Origin: Octopus bimaculoides
Taxonomy: Eukaryota
Direction of reading: 5' to 3'
DNA length: 41,435 nucleotides
Assembly (NCBI RefSeq): GCF_001194135.2
Contig: NC_069009.1
Location: forward strand, 1,425,295-1,466,729
The notes beneath the pieces are model-generated. The model saw nothing but the letters and a program-made list of their open reading frames with translations, was not told the origin of the DNA and did no database searches. The translations under genes and the position numbers were made by a program. Shown one piece after another: positions 11,374 through 22,401 of the stretch (position 1 is its first letter; each line of letters begins with the position of its first letter).

Positions 11374-12391
11374 CTGAAATGATACAGAAACAGTAGAAGA
11401 TATAGGAAACACTTAAAAAGCAAAGAACAATAGAAAATATAACTACATTTTCATCATGATAAACTGTGGATATAAGCTTTTACCCCAATAATTAGTGTTT
11501 AAAATTTCTTTTGTCATTAAAATTATATTATACATCCTTGTATAATGTCCACATATACACTGACTTCAGCTCTTCAACCTTCTGATATTATGCAAAATGG
11601 TAAACTACAAAATATTGGACAATAACGTTGTACTATCTTAGGAAACATAAGTCGCTGATGTGTAACCCCAGGTCTATAAATGGAATTAATTGGTTAGATG
11701 TATGAGAGCAATCAAGACCATTGCAACGGAAAAAAAAGAAAAACGTGGGAGACGAGGTCCGGAAGGGGAATTTCTTAGGTTCCGTCCCACCTCTACACCC
11801 TCCGTTTTCCGCAGAAAGAAGGTATCTCCGACTGTTCACGAGGTCAATTGCATACAAAAAGGGAAAATATAACCGCGGGAATAAATTATTTTGTATCGAA
11901 ATCGGGTCTGGTGTGAAACTACCAAAGAAATACTGCAGTCACATCATAAATGCGTATTTACGATTTAAATTATTCGTTACTTTTCTAGTTAAAGTTATTT
12001 GTTAATTGTCTACAAAAACGTGTATTTGTTTTATCTTCGCAGTATCATCGGCCCCTTATTGCAGTCAGCTATTTCTGTTTTATGATATCGCAGATTATTT
12101 ATTCACAGGAGTAAAAACTATTAACGTGGATCAGTTTGAGAGAATAAACAGCTAATAGACATATGTAGCAAGTGATAACTTTGTGATAAAACAATAGACG
12201 GCTTTGAATGGGGACAATAAGCAAATGGAATATCTACTGTAATAAAAGAAATAAAAAATTTGGTGCTTTCCGTGGCAATACCAAGTAAAAACCAATTCAG
12301 ATTTTATTCGCCTAATTAAAGAAGTTTACCGGAGTACGAAATTTATATCGATATCTAGACTAGCAATATTTAAAAACGTATTATATCTTAC

Positions 12392-12519
12392 CTCTTATCA
12401 GAAATAAATCCAGGTTAATGCGAATTAACGATAATTAACACAAAGGAGCGATCCCTCGGGAAACATACTCAAATGACACTTCAAAAAAATCGACACGGAA
12501 ATTCAACGAAACGAACTAA
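12392..12519 (-). promoter_or_regulatory. Putative TSS motif and exon 1 of gene B
   Basis: TTAGTTCGTTTCGTTGAATTTCCGTGTCG motif; GAG|GTAAG donor. Confidence 0.6.
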
Positions 12520-12917
12520 AAGTCCGACTGTTGTATACCTTGTACTATTACACATTTGTCTGATGCTAAAACTGAAGTTGTATATTCTGTTTTTTATTGA
12601 TATAATTACTTTCTGAAAATGAATTGTAATAAATGAAATCCGAATGATGACAAAAGATAGAAATCTAGAAATTGACTGCTGTTGCTACTGTGAAGGACGG
12701 AGGCGAATACTGTATCTTATTTACAATGCTTTTGATTTGTAAGAATATAATAAATATTATTATTCCTTAAGGAAGAAGCTATGATGGTAAACTCGTCACT
12801 TATAACTTACTTCTAAGTATTTATCATCATGCATAACTCTTAATTTAGGCTGCGTAAATGTTATAACGAATTATACACATGAAGTCCTTGAACGTGCGTT
12901 TAATGCGTGCATGTATA

Positions 12918-13328
12918 CTTTTATTTGTTTCAGTCACGTGACTGTGGCCATGCCGGAGCACCGCCTTTAGTCGAGCAAATCGACCCCAGGACTTATTCTT
13001 TGTAAGCCTAGTACTTATTCTATCGATCACTTTTCCCGAACCGCTAAGTTACGGGGACGTAAACACAACAGCATCGGTTGTCAAGGGATGATAGGGGGGA
13101 CAAACACACACATACAAACATATACGCACACACATACATATATATATATATATACATATATACGACGGACTTCTTTCAGTTTCCGTCTACCAAATCCACT
13201 CACAAGGCTTTGGTCGGCCCGAGGCTATAGCAGAAGACACTTGCCCAAGATGCCACGCAATGGAACTGAACCCGGGACCATGTGGTTGGTAAGCTAGCTA
13301 CTTACCACACAGCCACTCCTACGCCTAT
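12918..13328 (-). mobile_element. SINE family I, full length
   Basis: Reverse complement of the 7696-8080 copy. Confidence 0.9.
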
Positions 13329-13608
13329 GTTTGTATGTACTTAAGAATGTGCGTGTCTATTTCTGTATGTACGTACACGTATTGTAGATCAGTTTGGAGA
13401 AATGTAACATTCCTCATACATTGATCAAGTGTGTGAATTCTATAGTTTATGTTTGTGTCCCGAGCACAAGATTTGTTTGGATGGTCTGCATATAAAATGA
13501 GATAAAAATAATTAAAGAGTAAAAAAACTTTATTTTCCTTTCAGTTTATTAAATTTATTCATAAAATTAATGAGATCCTCTACGCTGATTGCAAGAGAAA
13601 TGACATAC

Positions 13609-15012
13609 CTAGATATTACATGGATATGGTTTCTCTCCTGTTTGAATGGATTTGTGAGAGGTAAGGTTACCTTTTTGAGAGAATGATTTACCACAGATAT
13701 CACACTGATATGGTTTCTCTCCTGTATGAATATATTTGTGAGAAGTAAGGCCACTCTTTTGAGAGAATGATTTACCACAAATATCATACTGATATGGTTT
13801 CTGTACTCTATGAATGGATTTGTGAGAGGTAAGGTTACCTTTTTGAGAGAATGATTTACCACAAATATCACACTGATATGGTTTGTCTCCTGTATGAATG
13901 GATTTGTGATAAGTAAGTCTACTCTTATGAGAAAATGATTTACCACAAATATCACAGTGATATGGTTTCTCTTGTGTATGAATGGATTTGTGAGAAGTAA
14001 GGGTACTTTTTTGAGAGAATGATTTACCACAAATATCGCAGCGATATGGTTTCTCTCCTGTATGAATGTATTTGTGAGAAGTAAGGCCATTCTTTTGAGA
14101 AAATGATTTACCACAAATATCACACTGATACGGTTTCTCTCCTGTATGAGTGTATTTGTGATAAATAAGGGTACTTTTTTGAGAGAATGATTTACCACAG
14201 ATATCACACTGATATGGCCTCTCATTAGTATAAGTAAATTCATGAACAGTTAATTCACTTTTGACTACAAAGGATTTATCACAAATATTGCAGTGATATG
14301 GTTTATCTCCTGTATGAATGTATTTGTGATAAGTAAGTCTATGCTTATGAGAGAATGATTTACCACAAATATCACAGTGATATGGTTTGTCTCCTGTATG
14401 AATGGATATGTGAGAGGTAAGGTGACCATTTAGAGAGAATGATTTACCACAAATATCACACCGATATGGTTTCTCTCCTGTATGAATGGATATGTGAGAG
14501 GTAAGGTTACTCCTATGAGAGAATGATTTACCACAAATATCACACTGATATGGCCTCTCATTAGTATGAGTAAATTCATGAGTACTTAATTTACTTTTGA
14601 CTACAAAGGATTTATCACAAATATTGCAGTGATATGGTTTCTGTCCTGTATGAATGTATTTGTGATAAGTAAGGCTATTCTTATGAGAGAATGATTTACC
14701 ACAAATATCACAGTGATATGGTTTCTGTCCTGTATGAATGGATTTATGAGAGGTAAGGTTACTTTTTTGAGAGAATGATTTACCACAAATATCACACTGA
14801 TATGGTTTGTCTCCAGTATGAGCGTATTTGTGAGAAGTAAGATTACTTTTCCGCAAGAAGGACTTTCCACAGATATCACAGTGGTATTGCTTTCCACCAG
14901 CATGAATACGTTTGTGAAGAGTGAGATTTCTTTTACTAGATACATACTTTTTACAGATATCACATTCGTATGATAATGCTTCTTTTTCTCTTATCATCTC
15001 TTGAGGATTCAT
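13609..15012 (-). CDS. C2H2 ZNF gene C, ~467 aa, 16 finger units (three lacking a zinc ligand), ending mid-finger; possibly decaying
   Basis: ORF from MNPQEM. Units 9 (H>Y), 15 (C>Y) and 16 (H>Q) are broken, and it terminates at YPCNI*. Two AATAAA follow at ~13545-13559. Confidence 0.85.
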   Translation of the reverse strand: MNPQEMIREKEALSYECDICKKYVSSKRNLTLHKRIHAGGKQYHCDICGKSFLRKSNLTSHKYAHTGDKPYQCDICGKSFSQKSNLTSHKSIHTGQKPYHCDICGKSFSHKNSLTYHKYIHTGQKPYHCNICDKSFVVKSKLSTHEFTHTNERPYQCDICGKSFSHRSNLTSHISIHTGEKPYRCDICGKSFSLNGHLTSHISIHTGDKPYHCDICGKSFSHKHRLTYHKYIHTGDKPYHCNICDKSFVVKSELTVHEFTYTNERPYQCDICGKSFSQKSTLIYHKYTHTGEKPYQCDICGKSFSQKNGLTSHKYIHTGEKPYRCDICGKSFSQKSTLTSHKSIHTQEKPYHCDICGKSFSHKSRLTYHKSIHTGDKPYQCDICGKSFSQKGNLTSHKSIHRVQKPYQYDICGKSFSQKSGLTSHKYIHTGEKPYQCDICGKSFSQKGNLTSHKSIQTGEKPYPCNI

Positions 15013-15236
15013 AATTGTTCTCCAGTATACAAGCACAAAATGTATTTTTTTCTTTCTTCTTTATATATTTATTTGCTGATTCAAATACTTCTACAGCTAT
15101 AATCACAGCAACTCTGATCTTCGCGAATATCTGAAGGTAATACAAACACCTTTGCAGATTTTTCCAAGTGTATATTCCTGGCAACGAGGAAAATAAATGT
15201 TGCTATTAATATGGAAGAAATATTTAAGTTATTTAC

Positions 15237-15364
15237 CATAGATATGTTACAGAATCAGGGTTATATCTATTATTTATAATATCTTCTATTCGTCTTCAAA
15301 TGATGATCAATATTCATGATGTATCTGATGTAAAAACTCCTTTATCACACTAACATCCCATATT
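15237..15364 (-). other. Putative 128-bp exon 2 of gene C
   Basis: Near-identical to D 16720-16847, with the same splice signals. Confidence 0.6.
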
Positions 15365-15540
15365 CTGAAATGATACAGAAACAGTAGAAGATATAGGAAA
15401 TACTTAAAAAGCAGAGATTCAACAATAGAAAATATAACTANNNNNNNNNNNNNNNNNNNNNNNNNNNNNNNNNNNNNNNNNNNNNNNNNNNNNNNNNNNN
15501 NNNNNNNNNNNNNNNNNNNNNNNNNNNNNNNNNNNNNNNN

Positions 15541-16215
15541 TGAAAGGGGGCACATTTCGCCCCTGGAAGCGGTCTACTGGTATAACATGTGTCCCCGATC
15601 CGGACAAGCGGAAGAGTCTGTGCCGCACGGAGCAGTGTTCAAGTATGAATGGAAGCATCCCAGTAGGACGCCGGAGTTCTGCGAGGAAGAGAAGGGACCC
15701 GCCGGCGTGAAAGTAGGGGGGGGAAGTTTGGGTCAAGCCGCCGAAGGCACGCTGCACATCACAATAGGGCAGGGGAACAGTGACAGCGGTCAATTCCAGA
15801 AACAATGTACCCGTGGATCTGCGAAGGATAACCACTTCGTCGGATGAAGAGCCCGATGGAAACGTGGCACCTGGCTTGAGAAGATTTCGACGCGTAAGAC
15901 GCCCGCCCGGTTGGATGGCGGACTTCGAATTGGAGTAGGGGTGAACGAGATCTTTAAGATCAGGGTGGCGTGTGGTATGACGTCAGTGACTCGGGAGGCT
16001 GACCGGAAGAGGAAAAAGGGCAGAGGGAGCCTCGATTGGGATTCGTGCCCTCTTTCGAACGGGGTCGTGGTCAGGAGAGAACGTGATAATAGACGGTCTA
16101 GGTTTGGAAGAAGCAGCAAGCTTCGATGATCGGACACCGCAAGGCCGACTCGCAGTCGACGAAAGGAAAACCGAGGTAGGGCGATTACATTTACTCGCAC
16201 GCATACACCACAACC
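15541..16215. other. GC/CpG-rich segment of unknown origin (probably a retroelement fragment) next to an assembly gap
   Basis: Abrupt composition shift relative to the AT-rich flanks. No motif could be assigned confidently. Confidence 0.4.
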
Positions 16216-16340
16216 CATTATTCATATTTTATTTCTTGCAATTCACAATTTCAAAAAGTAAATATACCAATAAAAAAAAAAAATTGAAAACTGTCCATCT
16301 TAGTTTTAACATTCGACAGAAGTCATAAGTATCCGGATTA

Positions 16341-16449
16341 TAGTTCGTTTCGTTGACGTTCCATGTCAGCTTTTTGATGTGTCCAACGGGAGATCGTTTC
16401 TTTATGTAAAGTTCATTCACATTAAACGGCGGTTCGTATTTCATAACGG
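16341..16449 (+). promoter_or_regulatory. Putative TSS motif and exon 1 of gene D
   Basis: TAGTTCGTTTCGTTGACGTTCCATGTCAGC motif; CGG|GTAAG donor at 16450. Confidence 0.6.
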
Positions 16450-16719
16450 GTAAGATATAATAGATGTTTTAAATTTAATAAAAGACTATGAATCTGACAG
16501 ATAGGAAACTCCAGGCAGTAGTGAAAGTTTTAAATGTAGACATTACACAAAGTTGTATAATATAATTTTAATAGCAAAAGAAATTTTAAAGACAAATTAT
16601 TGGGGTAAAACGATTATATCCACAGTTTATCGTTATGAAAATGTAGTTATATTTTCTATTGTTGAATCTCTGCTTTTTAAGTATTTCCTATATTTTCTAC
16701 TGTTTCTGTATCATTTCAG

Positions 16720-16847
16720 AATATGGGATGTTAGTGTGCTAAAGGCGTTTTTACATCAGATACATCATGAATATTGATCATCATTTGAAGACTAATAGAA
16801 GATATTATAAATAATAGATATAACCCTGTTTCGATAACATATCTATG
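16720..16847 (+). other. Putative 128-bp exon 2 of gene D with a 15-codon uORF (16767-16814)
   Basis: TTTCTGTATCATTTCAG| acceptor and ATG|GTAAAT donor. The next acceptor TATTACCTTCAG| ends at 16953. Confidence 0.6.
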
Positions 16848-17071
16848 GTAAATAACTGAAATATTTCTTCCGAATTAATAGCAACATATATTTTCCTCGT
16901 TGCCAGGAATATACACTTGGAAAAATCTGCAAAGGTGTTTGTATTACCTTCAGATATTCGCGAAGATCAGAGTTGCTGTGGTTATAGCTGTAGAAGTATT
17001 TGAATCAGCAAATAAATATATAAAGAAGAAAGAAAAAAATACATTTTGTGCTTGTATACTGGAGAACAATT

Positions 17072-18964
17072 ATGAATCCTCAAGAGATGATAAGAGAAAA
17101 AGAAGCATTATCATACGAATGTGATATCTGTAAAAAGTCTTTATCTAGTAAAAGAAATCTCACTCTTCACAAACGTATTCATGCTGGTGGAAAGCAATAC
17201 CACTGTGATATCTGTGGAAAGTCTTTTTTGCACAAAAGTAACCTTACTTCTCACAAATACACTCATACTGGAGAGAAACCATATTCTTGTGATATCTGTG
17301 GTAAATCGTTCTCTCAAAAAAGTACCCTTATTTATCACAAATCCATTCATACAGGAGAGAAACCATATCAGTGTGATATTTGTGGTAAATCATTCTCTCA
17401 AAAAAATACCCTTACTTATCACAAATCCATTCATACACAAGAGAAACCATATTCTTGTGATATCTGTGGTGAATCATTCTCTCAAAGAAAAACCCTTGCT
17501 TGTCACAAATCCATTCATACTGGAGATAAACCATATCACTGTGATGTTTGTGGTAAATCATTCTCTCAAAAATGTAACCTTACCTCTCACAAACGCACTC
17601 ATACTGGAGAGAAACCATATTCTTGTGATATCTGTGGTAAATCATTCTCTCAAAGAAAAACCCTTGCTTGTCACAAAACCATTCATACACAAGAGAAACC
17701 ATATCACTGTGATATTTGTGGTAAATCATTCTCTCATAAGAATAGCCTTACTTCTCACAAATCCATTCATACACAAGAGAAACCATATCACTGTCATATT
17801 TGTGGTAAATCATACACTCAAAAAAGTAACCTTACCTCTCACAAATCCATTCATACAGGAGATAAACCATATCACTGCAATATTTGTGATAAATCCTTTG
17901 TAGTCAAAAGTTATTTAACTGTTCATGGACGTACTCATACTAATGAGAGGCCATATCAGTGTGATATTTGTGGTAAATCATTCTCTCAGAGGAGTGGTCT
18001 TACTCATCACAAATACACTCATACAGGAGAGAAACCATATCAGTGTGATTTCTGTGATAAATCCTTCGTAGTAAGAAATAATTTAACTGCCCATGAACTT
18101 ACTCATACTAAAGAGAGGTCACATCAGTGTGATATTTGTGGCAAATCATTCTCTCAAAAAGGTAACCTTACCTCTCACAAATACATTCATACAGGAGAGA
18201 AACCATATCACTGCAATATTTGTGGTAAATCCTTTGTACTAAGAAATAATTTAACTGCTCATGAACTTACTCATACCAATGAGAGGCCACATCAGTGTGA
18301 TATTTGTGGTAAATCATTCTCTCATAAGAGTAGCCTTACTTATCACAAATCCACTCATACAGGAGAGAAACCATATCACTGCAATATCTGTAGTAAATCC
18401 TTTGTAATCAAAAGTAATTTAACTGCTCATGAATTTACTCATACTAATGAGAGGCCATATCACTGTGATGTTTGTGGTAAATCATTCTCTCAAAAATGTA
18501 ACCTTACCTCTCACAAATACATTCATACAGGAGAGAAACCGTATCAGTGTGAAATTTGTGGTAAATCATTCCTTTATTCGAAGTCTTTAACCGACCATAA
18601 AGGCACTCACACAGGAGAGAAACCATATTTCTGTGATATCTGTGGTAAATCATTTTCTTCTCAAAGTAATTTAACTTCTCATAAATACATTCACACAGGA
18701 GAGAAACTATATTCCTGTGATATCTGTGGTAAATCATTCTGTGTAAGAAAATATTTAACTAATCACAAACTCATTCATACACAAGAGAAACCATATTGCT
18801 GCGATATCTGTGGTAAATCGTTTTCTCAAAAGTATTACTTAAATAGACACAAATACATTCATACAGGAGAGAAACCATATTCTTGCGATGTCTGTGGTAA
18901 ATCATTCAGTGTAAAAAAATATTTAACTGATCACAAACGCATCCATACACGAAAGAAACCATAG
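17072..18964 (+). CDS. C2H2 ZNF gene D, ~630 aa, 22 intact fingers; the only plus-strand paralogue
   Basis: Intact ORF from ATG 17072; the track start at 17048 is GTG. Confidence 0.95.
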   Translation: MNPQEMIREKEALSYECDICKKSLSSKRNLTLHKRIHAGGKQYHCDICGKSFLHKSNLTSHKYTHTGEKPYSCDICGKSFSQKSTLIYHKSIHTGEKPYQCDICGKSFSQKNTLTYHKSIHTQEKPYSCDICGESFSQRKTLACHKSIHTGDKPYHCDVCGKSFSQKCNLTSHKRTHTGEKPYSCDICGKSFSQRKTLACHKTIHTQEKPYHCDICGKSFSHKNSLTSHKSIHTQEKPYHCHICGKSYTQKSNLTSHKSIHTGDKPYHCNICDKSFVVKSYLTVHGRTHTNERPYQCDICGKSFSQRSGLTHHKYTHTGEKPYQCDFCDKSFVVRNNLTAHELTHTKERSHQCDICGKSFSQKGNLTSHKYIHTGEKPYHCNICGKSFVLRNNLTAHELTHTNERPHQCDICGKSFSHKSSLTYHKSTHTGEKPYHCNICSKSFVIKSNLTAHEFTHTNERPYHCDVCGKSFSQKCNLTSHKYIHTGEKPYQCEICGKSFLYSKSLTDHKGTHTGEKPYFCDICGKSFSSQSNLTSHKYIHTGEKLYSCDICGKSFCVRKYLTNHKLIHTQEKPYCCDICGKSFSQKYYLNRHKYIHTGEKPYSCDVCGKSFSVKKYLTDHKRIHTRKKP

Positions 18965-19520
18965 CCGTGTGATATCTGCAGTAAACCATTCTGTCTAAGA
19001 AAAGATTTAACTAATCGCAAATCCACTCATACTGGAGAGAAATTTATATCACTGTGATGTCTGTGGCAAATCATTACGAGGAACATGGCATATATACTCA
19101 TAAACGTTTTCTTACAAGAGACAAGACCTATCACTGTGGTATCTGTGGTAAATCATTCTCTGTGGAACAGTATTTAACTAATCACAAATACATTCATACA
19201 GGAAAAAAAAACCCAGACAATATCACTGTGATAAGTCATTCTCTTGTAATCACTGAACTAGACAAAAACATATTCATACAGGATAAAATTCTATGACTGT
19301 GTTATCTATGCTAAATCATTCTCTCAATACTGTACCTTAATTAAACATATTTATTCATGTTGATCAATAACAATATAATAAAATAGATGTCCTGGTGAAT
19401 AAAATACAGCAATTATATTATTTTTTATGAAGGAGATTCATTTTTTTACATTTTCCTCATTTGCATCAACTCACTAATTATGATGTGTGTTTTTCATTTA
19501 AGCAATTTTAATTACATTAA
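18965..19520 (+). pseudogene. Decayed finger repeats and shared 3' tail of gene D
   Basis: Degenerate 84-bp units, then an AT-rich tail homologous to 29470-29650, 34610-34870 and 40980-41160. Confidence 0.8.
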
Positions 19521-19539
19521 TTTGTCCTGTTTTCTTGTC

Positions 19540-19680
19540 ATCATCATCGTTTAACGTCCGCTTTCCATGCTAGCATGGGTTGGACGATTTGACTGAGGAT
19601 TGGTGAAACCGGATGGCTACACCAGGCTCCAATCTGATTTGGCAGAGTTTCTACAGCTGGATGCCCTTCCTAACGCCTAT
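19540..19680 (-). mobile_element. SINE family III / RTE-type 3' tail with (GAT)n
   Basis: CATCATCATCGTTTAACGTCCGCTTTCCATGCTAGCATGGGTTGGACG...GGATGCCCTTCCTAACGCC. A second, more diverged copy is at 19965-20140. Confidence 0.75.
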
Positions 19681-20160
19681 AGTGAAAAAACATCCCTGCT
19701 CAACCCATGAAATGGATGACACAGCATACTTATTTTTTACTAAATCATGCTGTAGAGCAGATTTTCGTTGTCTTATTCCTGCCAGGCACCAAGCTGGTAT
19801 TTATGTTGGACAATATCACTGTGATAAGTCATTCGCTTGTAATCACTAAACTAAACATTTTTATGACTGTGGTATCTATGCTAAATCACTCTCAATAATG
19901 TACCTTAACTAAACATATTTATTGATATTGATCAATAACAATATCAATGATGAAATAAATGAGATGATTATCATTTAATATCCATTGTCCATACTGGCAT
20001 GGGTTGGACAGTTTGAGCAGGGTTGGCAAGCCGGAAGTCTGCACCAGACTCTATTCTGAAAGTGTCATGGGTGCTTTTACATGCCACCAGCATAGGTGCC
20101 ATTTGAGTGACACCAGTATCTGCCACAACTGTGATTTATACTTGTCATATATTTCATTAA

Positions 20161-20987
20161 CCCATTACCTCCCATAATTCTATTAACTGGAATTTTTTCT
20201 TATGAAACTTTGATTTCTAGCATAAAACAGCCTTAGAAACACGCTGGAATGATCAAAATAACATTTATGTTGAATGCTGGAAATTCTTCCAGAATTGCTA
20301 AACTGGTATTTTATTGTTTAATAAAATGTTACAAAACGGAAATTATAAAGGCTCATTCGTTATAATCCCCTAATGTCTACAAAAATTGCTCAAGTGTAAT
20401 CACAAGCTCCGTCTTTTACTCATAAAACATAATTTACAATCTCCCAAAATTCTAAACTGATATTTGATCTGTTTGAAATGTTATAAAACGGCAATTAAGT
20501 CAGTTTAATTNNNNNNNNNNNNNNNNNNNNNNNNNNNNNNNNNNNNNNNNNNNNNNNNNNNNNNNNNNNNNNNNNNNNNNNNNNNNNNNNNNNNNNNNNN
20601 NNNNNNNNNNNNNNNNNNNNNNNNNNNNNNNNNNNNNNNNNNNNNNNNNNNNNNNNNNNNNNNNNNNNNNNNNNNNNNNNNNNNNNNNNNNNNNNNNNNN
20701 NNNNNNNNNNNNNNNNNNNNNNNNNNNNNNNNNNNNNNNNNNNNNNNNNNNNNNNNNNNNNNNNNNNNNNNNNNNNNNNNNNNNNNNNNNNNNNNNNNNN
20801 NNNNNNNNNNNNNNNNNNNNNNNNNNNNNNNNNNNNNNNNNNNNNNNNNNNNNNNNNNNNNNNNNNNNNNNNNNNNNNNNNNNNNNNNNNNNNNNNNNNN
20901 NNNNNNNNNNNNNNNNNNNNNNNNNNNNNNNNNTTATGAAATTTGTAATTTTTAAGTGATCTCATGAGATCACTGGTAGGTAATGGG
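20161..20987. mobile_element. Non-autonomous piggyBac-type element spanning an N-gap
   Basis: TTAA|CCCATTACCT...AGGTAATGGG|TTAA: TTAA target duplication and CCC-starting TIRs. Confidence 0.75.
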
Positions 20988-21141
20988 TTAACGAGAGAGT
21001 GAAAGATGGTAGATACAAAAATGTTTATTGATCACTACAATTGCTTTAACCCATCTAGCATCAATCCGTCATGGGTGGGGTACCGGACAGTTTATGAGTA
21101 CCTATTGGTGTAAATGTGTCTCTTAGGGTGATTACAAGATA

Positions 21142-22401
21142 CAGGGGTTGGACAAAATAATGGAAGCATCATAGCATCATAATTTTGAAATATCTATAAA
21201 ACCATCAAAAGCTGGTTTATTTTTATATTTTTTGATTTATTATTAGTGTTGCTTAATATGTTTTGCTAAAATTGCTGGATTTTTTTCAGATATCATCAGA
21301 AAAAGATAATTAAAATTCATTAAAATGACAGATCTATAGGACTTTCAAAGAGGTCAAATTGTTGGTGCTTGTATGGCAGTTGCTAGCATAACGAAAACAG
21401 CCGAAATGTTTGGTGCATCAGGCAGTACTGTCTCAAAAGTAATGACAGTCTTTGAGAAAGAGGGTAAAACCTCCTCATTGAAACAAAACTCTGTAAGAAA
21501 ACCCAAACTTTCAGATAGGGACTGTTGGACTCATGCGAATTGTTAGAAAGTATCACAAAAGTATAGCTCCCAATGTTACTGTAGAGCTTAATGACCACCT
21601 CGAGAACCCAGTTTCCACAAAAACTGTTTGCCAGATACTGCACAAAGCCAGATTTCATGGGCGTGCTGCAATCAGAAAACCACTACTTTCAAAAACAAAT
21701 GTTGCAAAGCATTTAGAGTGGAGTAAAAACCTACAGAATTGGTCCCTAGAGCAGTGGAAGAATGTTATTTTCTCAGATGAGTCATCCATTACCTTATTTC
21801 TGACCACTGGCTGAGTATACGTGTGGAGACAGCCAAAAGAAGCATTTGACAAAGACTGCCTTCTTCCAACTGTTAAACATGGAGGAGGATCTGTGATGAT
21901 GGGTTGAGGGGCTATATCTTGGAAATCTGCAGGCCCATTGGTTTCCCTTCATGGCAGAATTAATAACAATCAGGATTATTTAAGCATTTTATCTGATCAA
22001 ATTCATCCTATGGTTGCGGAACTGTTTCTGGAGGGAAATACAAACTTTTTTATGATGATAATGCACCAATTCACACAGCTGAAGTTCTTACTGAATGGCA
22101 CGTGAAGTTGAACATTTTATCTGGCCACCACAGTCCCCAGATCTCAATATTATTGAACATTTATGGTGCATTTTAGAAAAACAAGTAAGGAGTTGATATC
22201 CTCCACCATCATCACTTCAAGAACTGGAAACTGTTTTAGCTGAAAAAGGGACGAAAATTCCTTTGGAAACAATTCAAACTTTGTACAAGTCTATACCTCA
22301 TAGAATTCAAGTTGTAATTACTGCCAGAGGTGGTCCCATCTGATATTAAAATAAATTTGTTTGAAATTTTAAGGTGTTTCAATTATTTTGTCCAACACCT
22401 G
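21142..22401 (+). mobile_element. Tc1-type (DD34E) transposon, full length, with an inactivated transposase (ATG 21325 to ~22349)
   Basis: TA|CAGGGGTTGGACAAAATAAT...ATTATTTTGTCCAACACCTG|TA. Motifs VIFSDES, VKHGGGSVM, DNAPIHT and WPPQSPDLNIIEHLW are present with stops and frameshifts. Confidence 0.95.

Noticed and set aside
17048-17071. ORF-track starts MLVYWRTI (B, C, D), MFVYKRTI (G) and MQRCLYHL (F)
   Set aside because: These are non-ATG starts. The F start lies upstream of the conserved splice acceptor. The first shared ATG is MNxxEM.
17072-18964. Regular 84-bp repeat with variable interior looks CRISPR-like
   Set aside because: It is a protein-coding C2H2 array in a eukaryote, with no cas genes.
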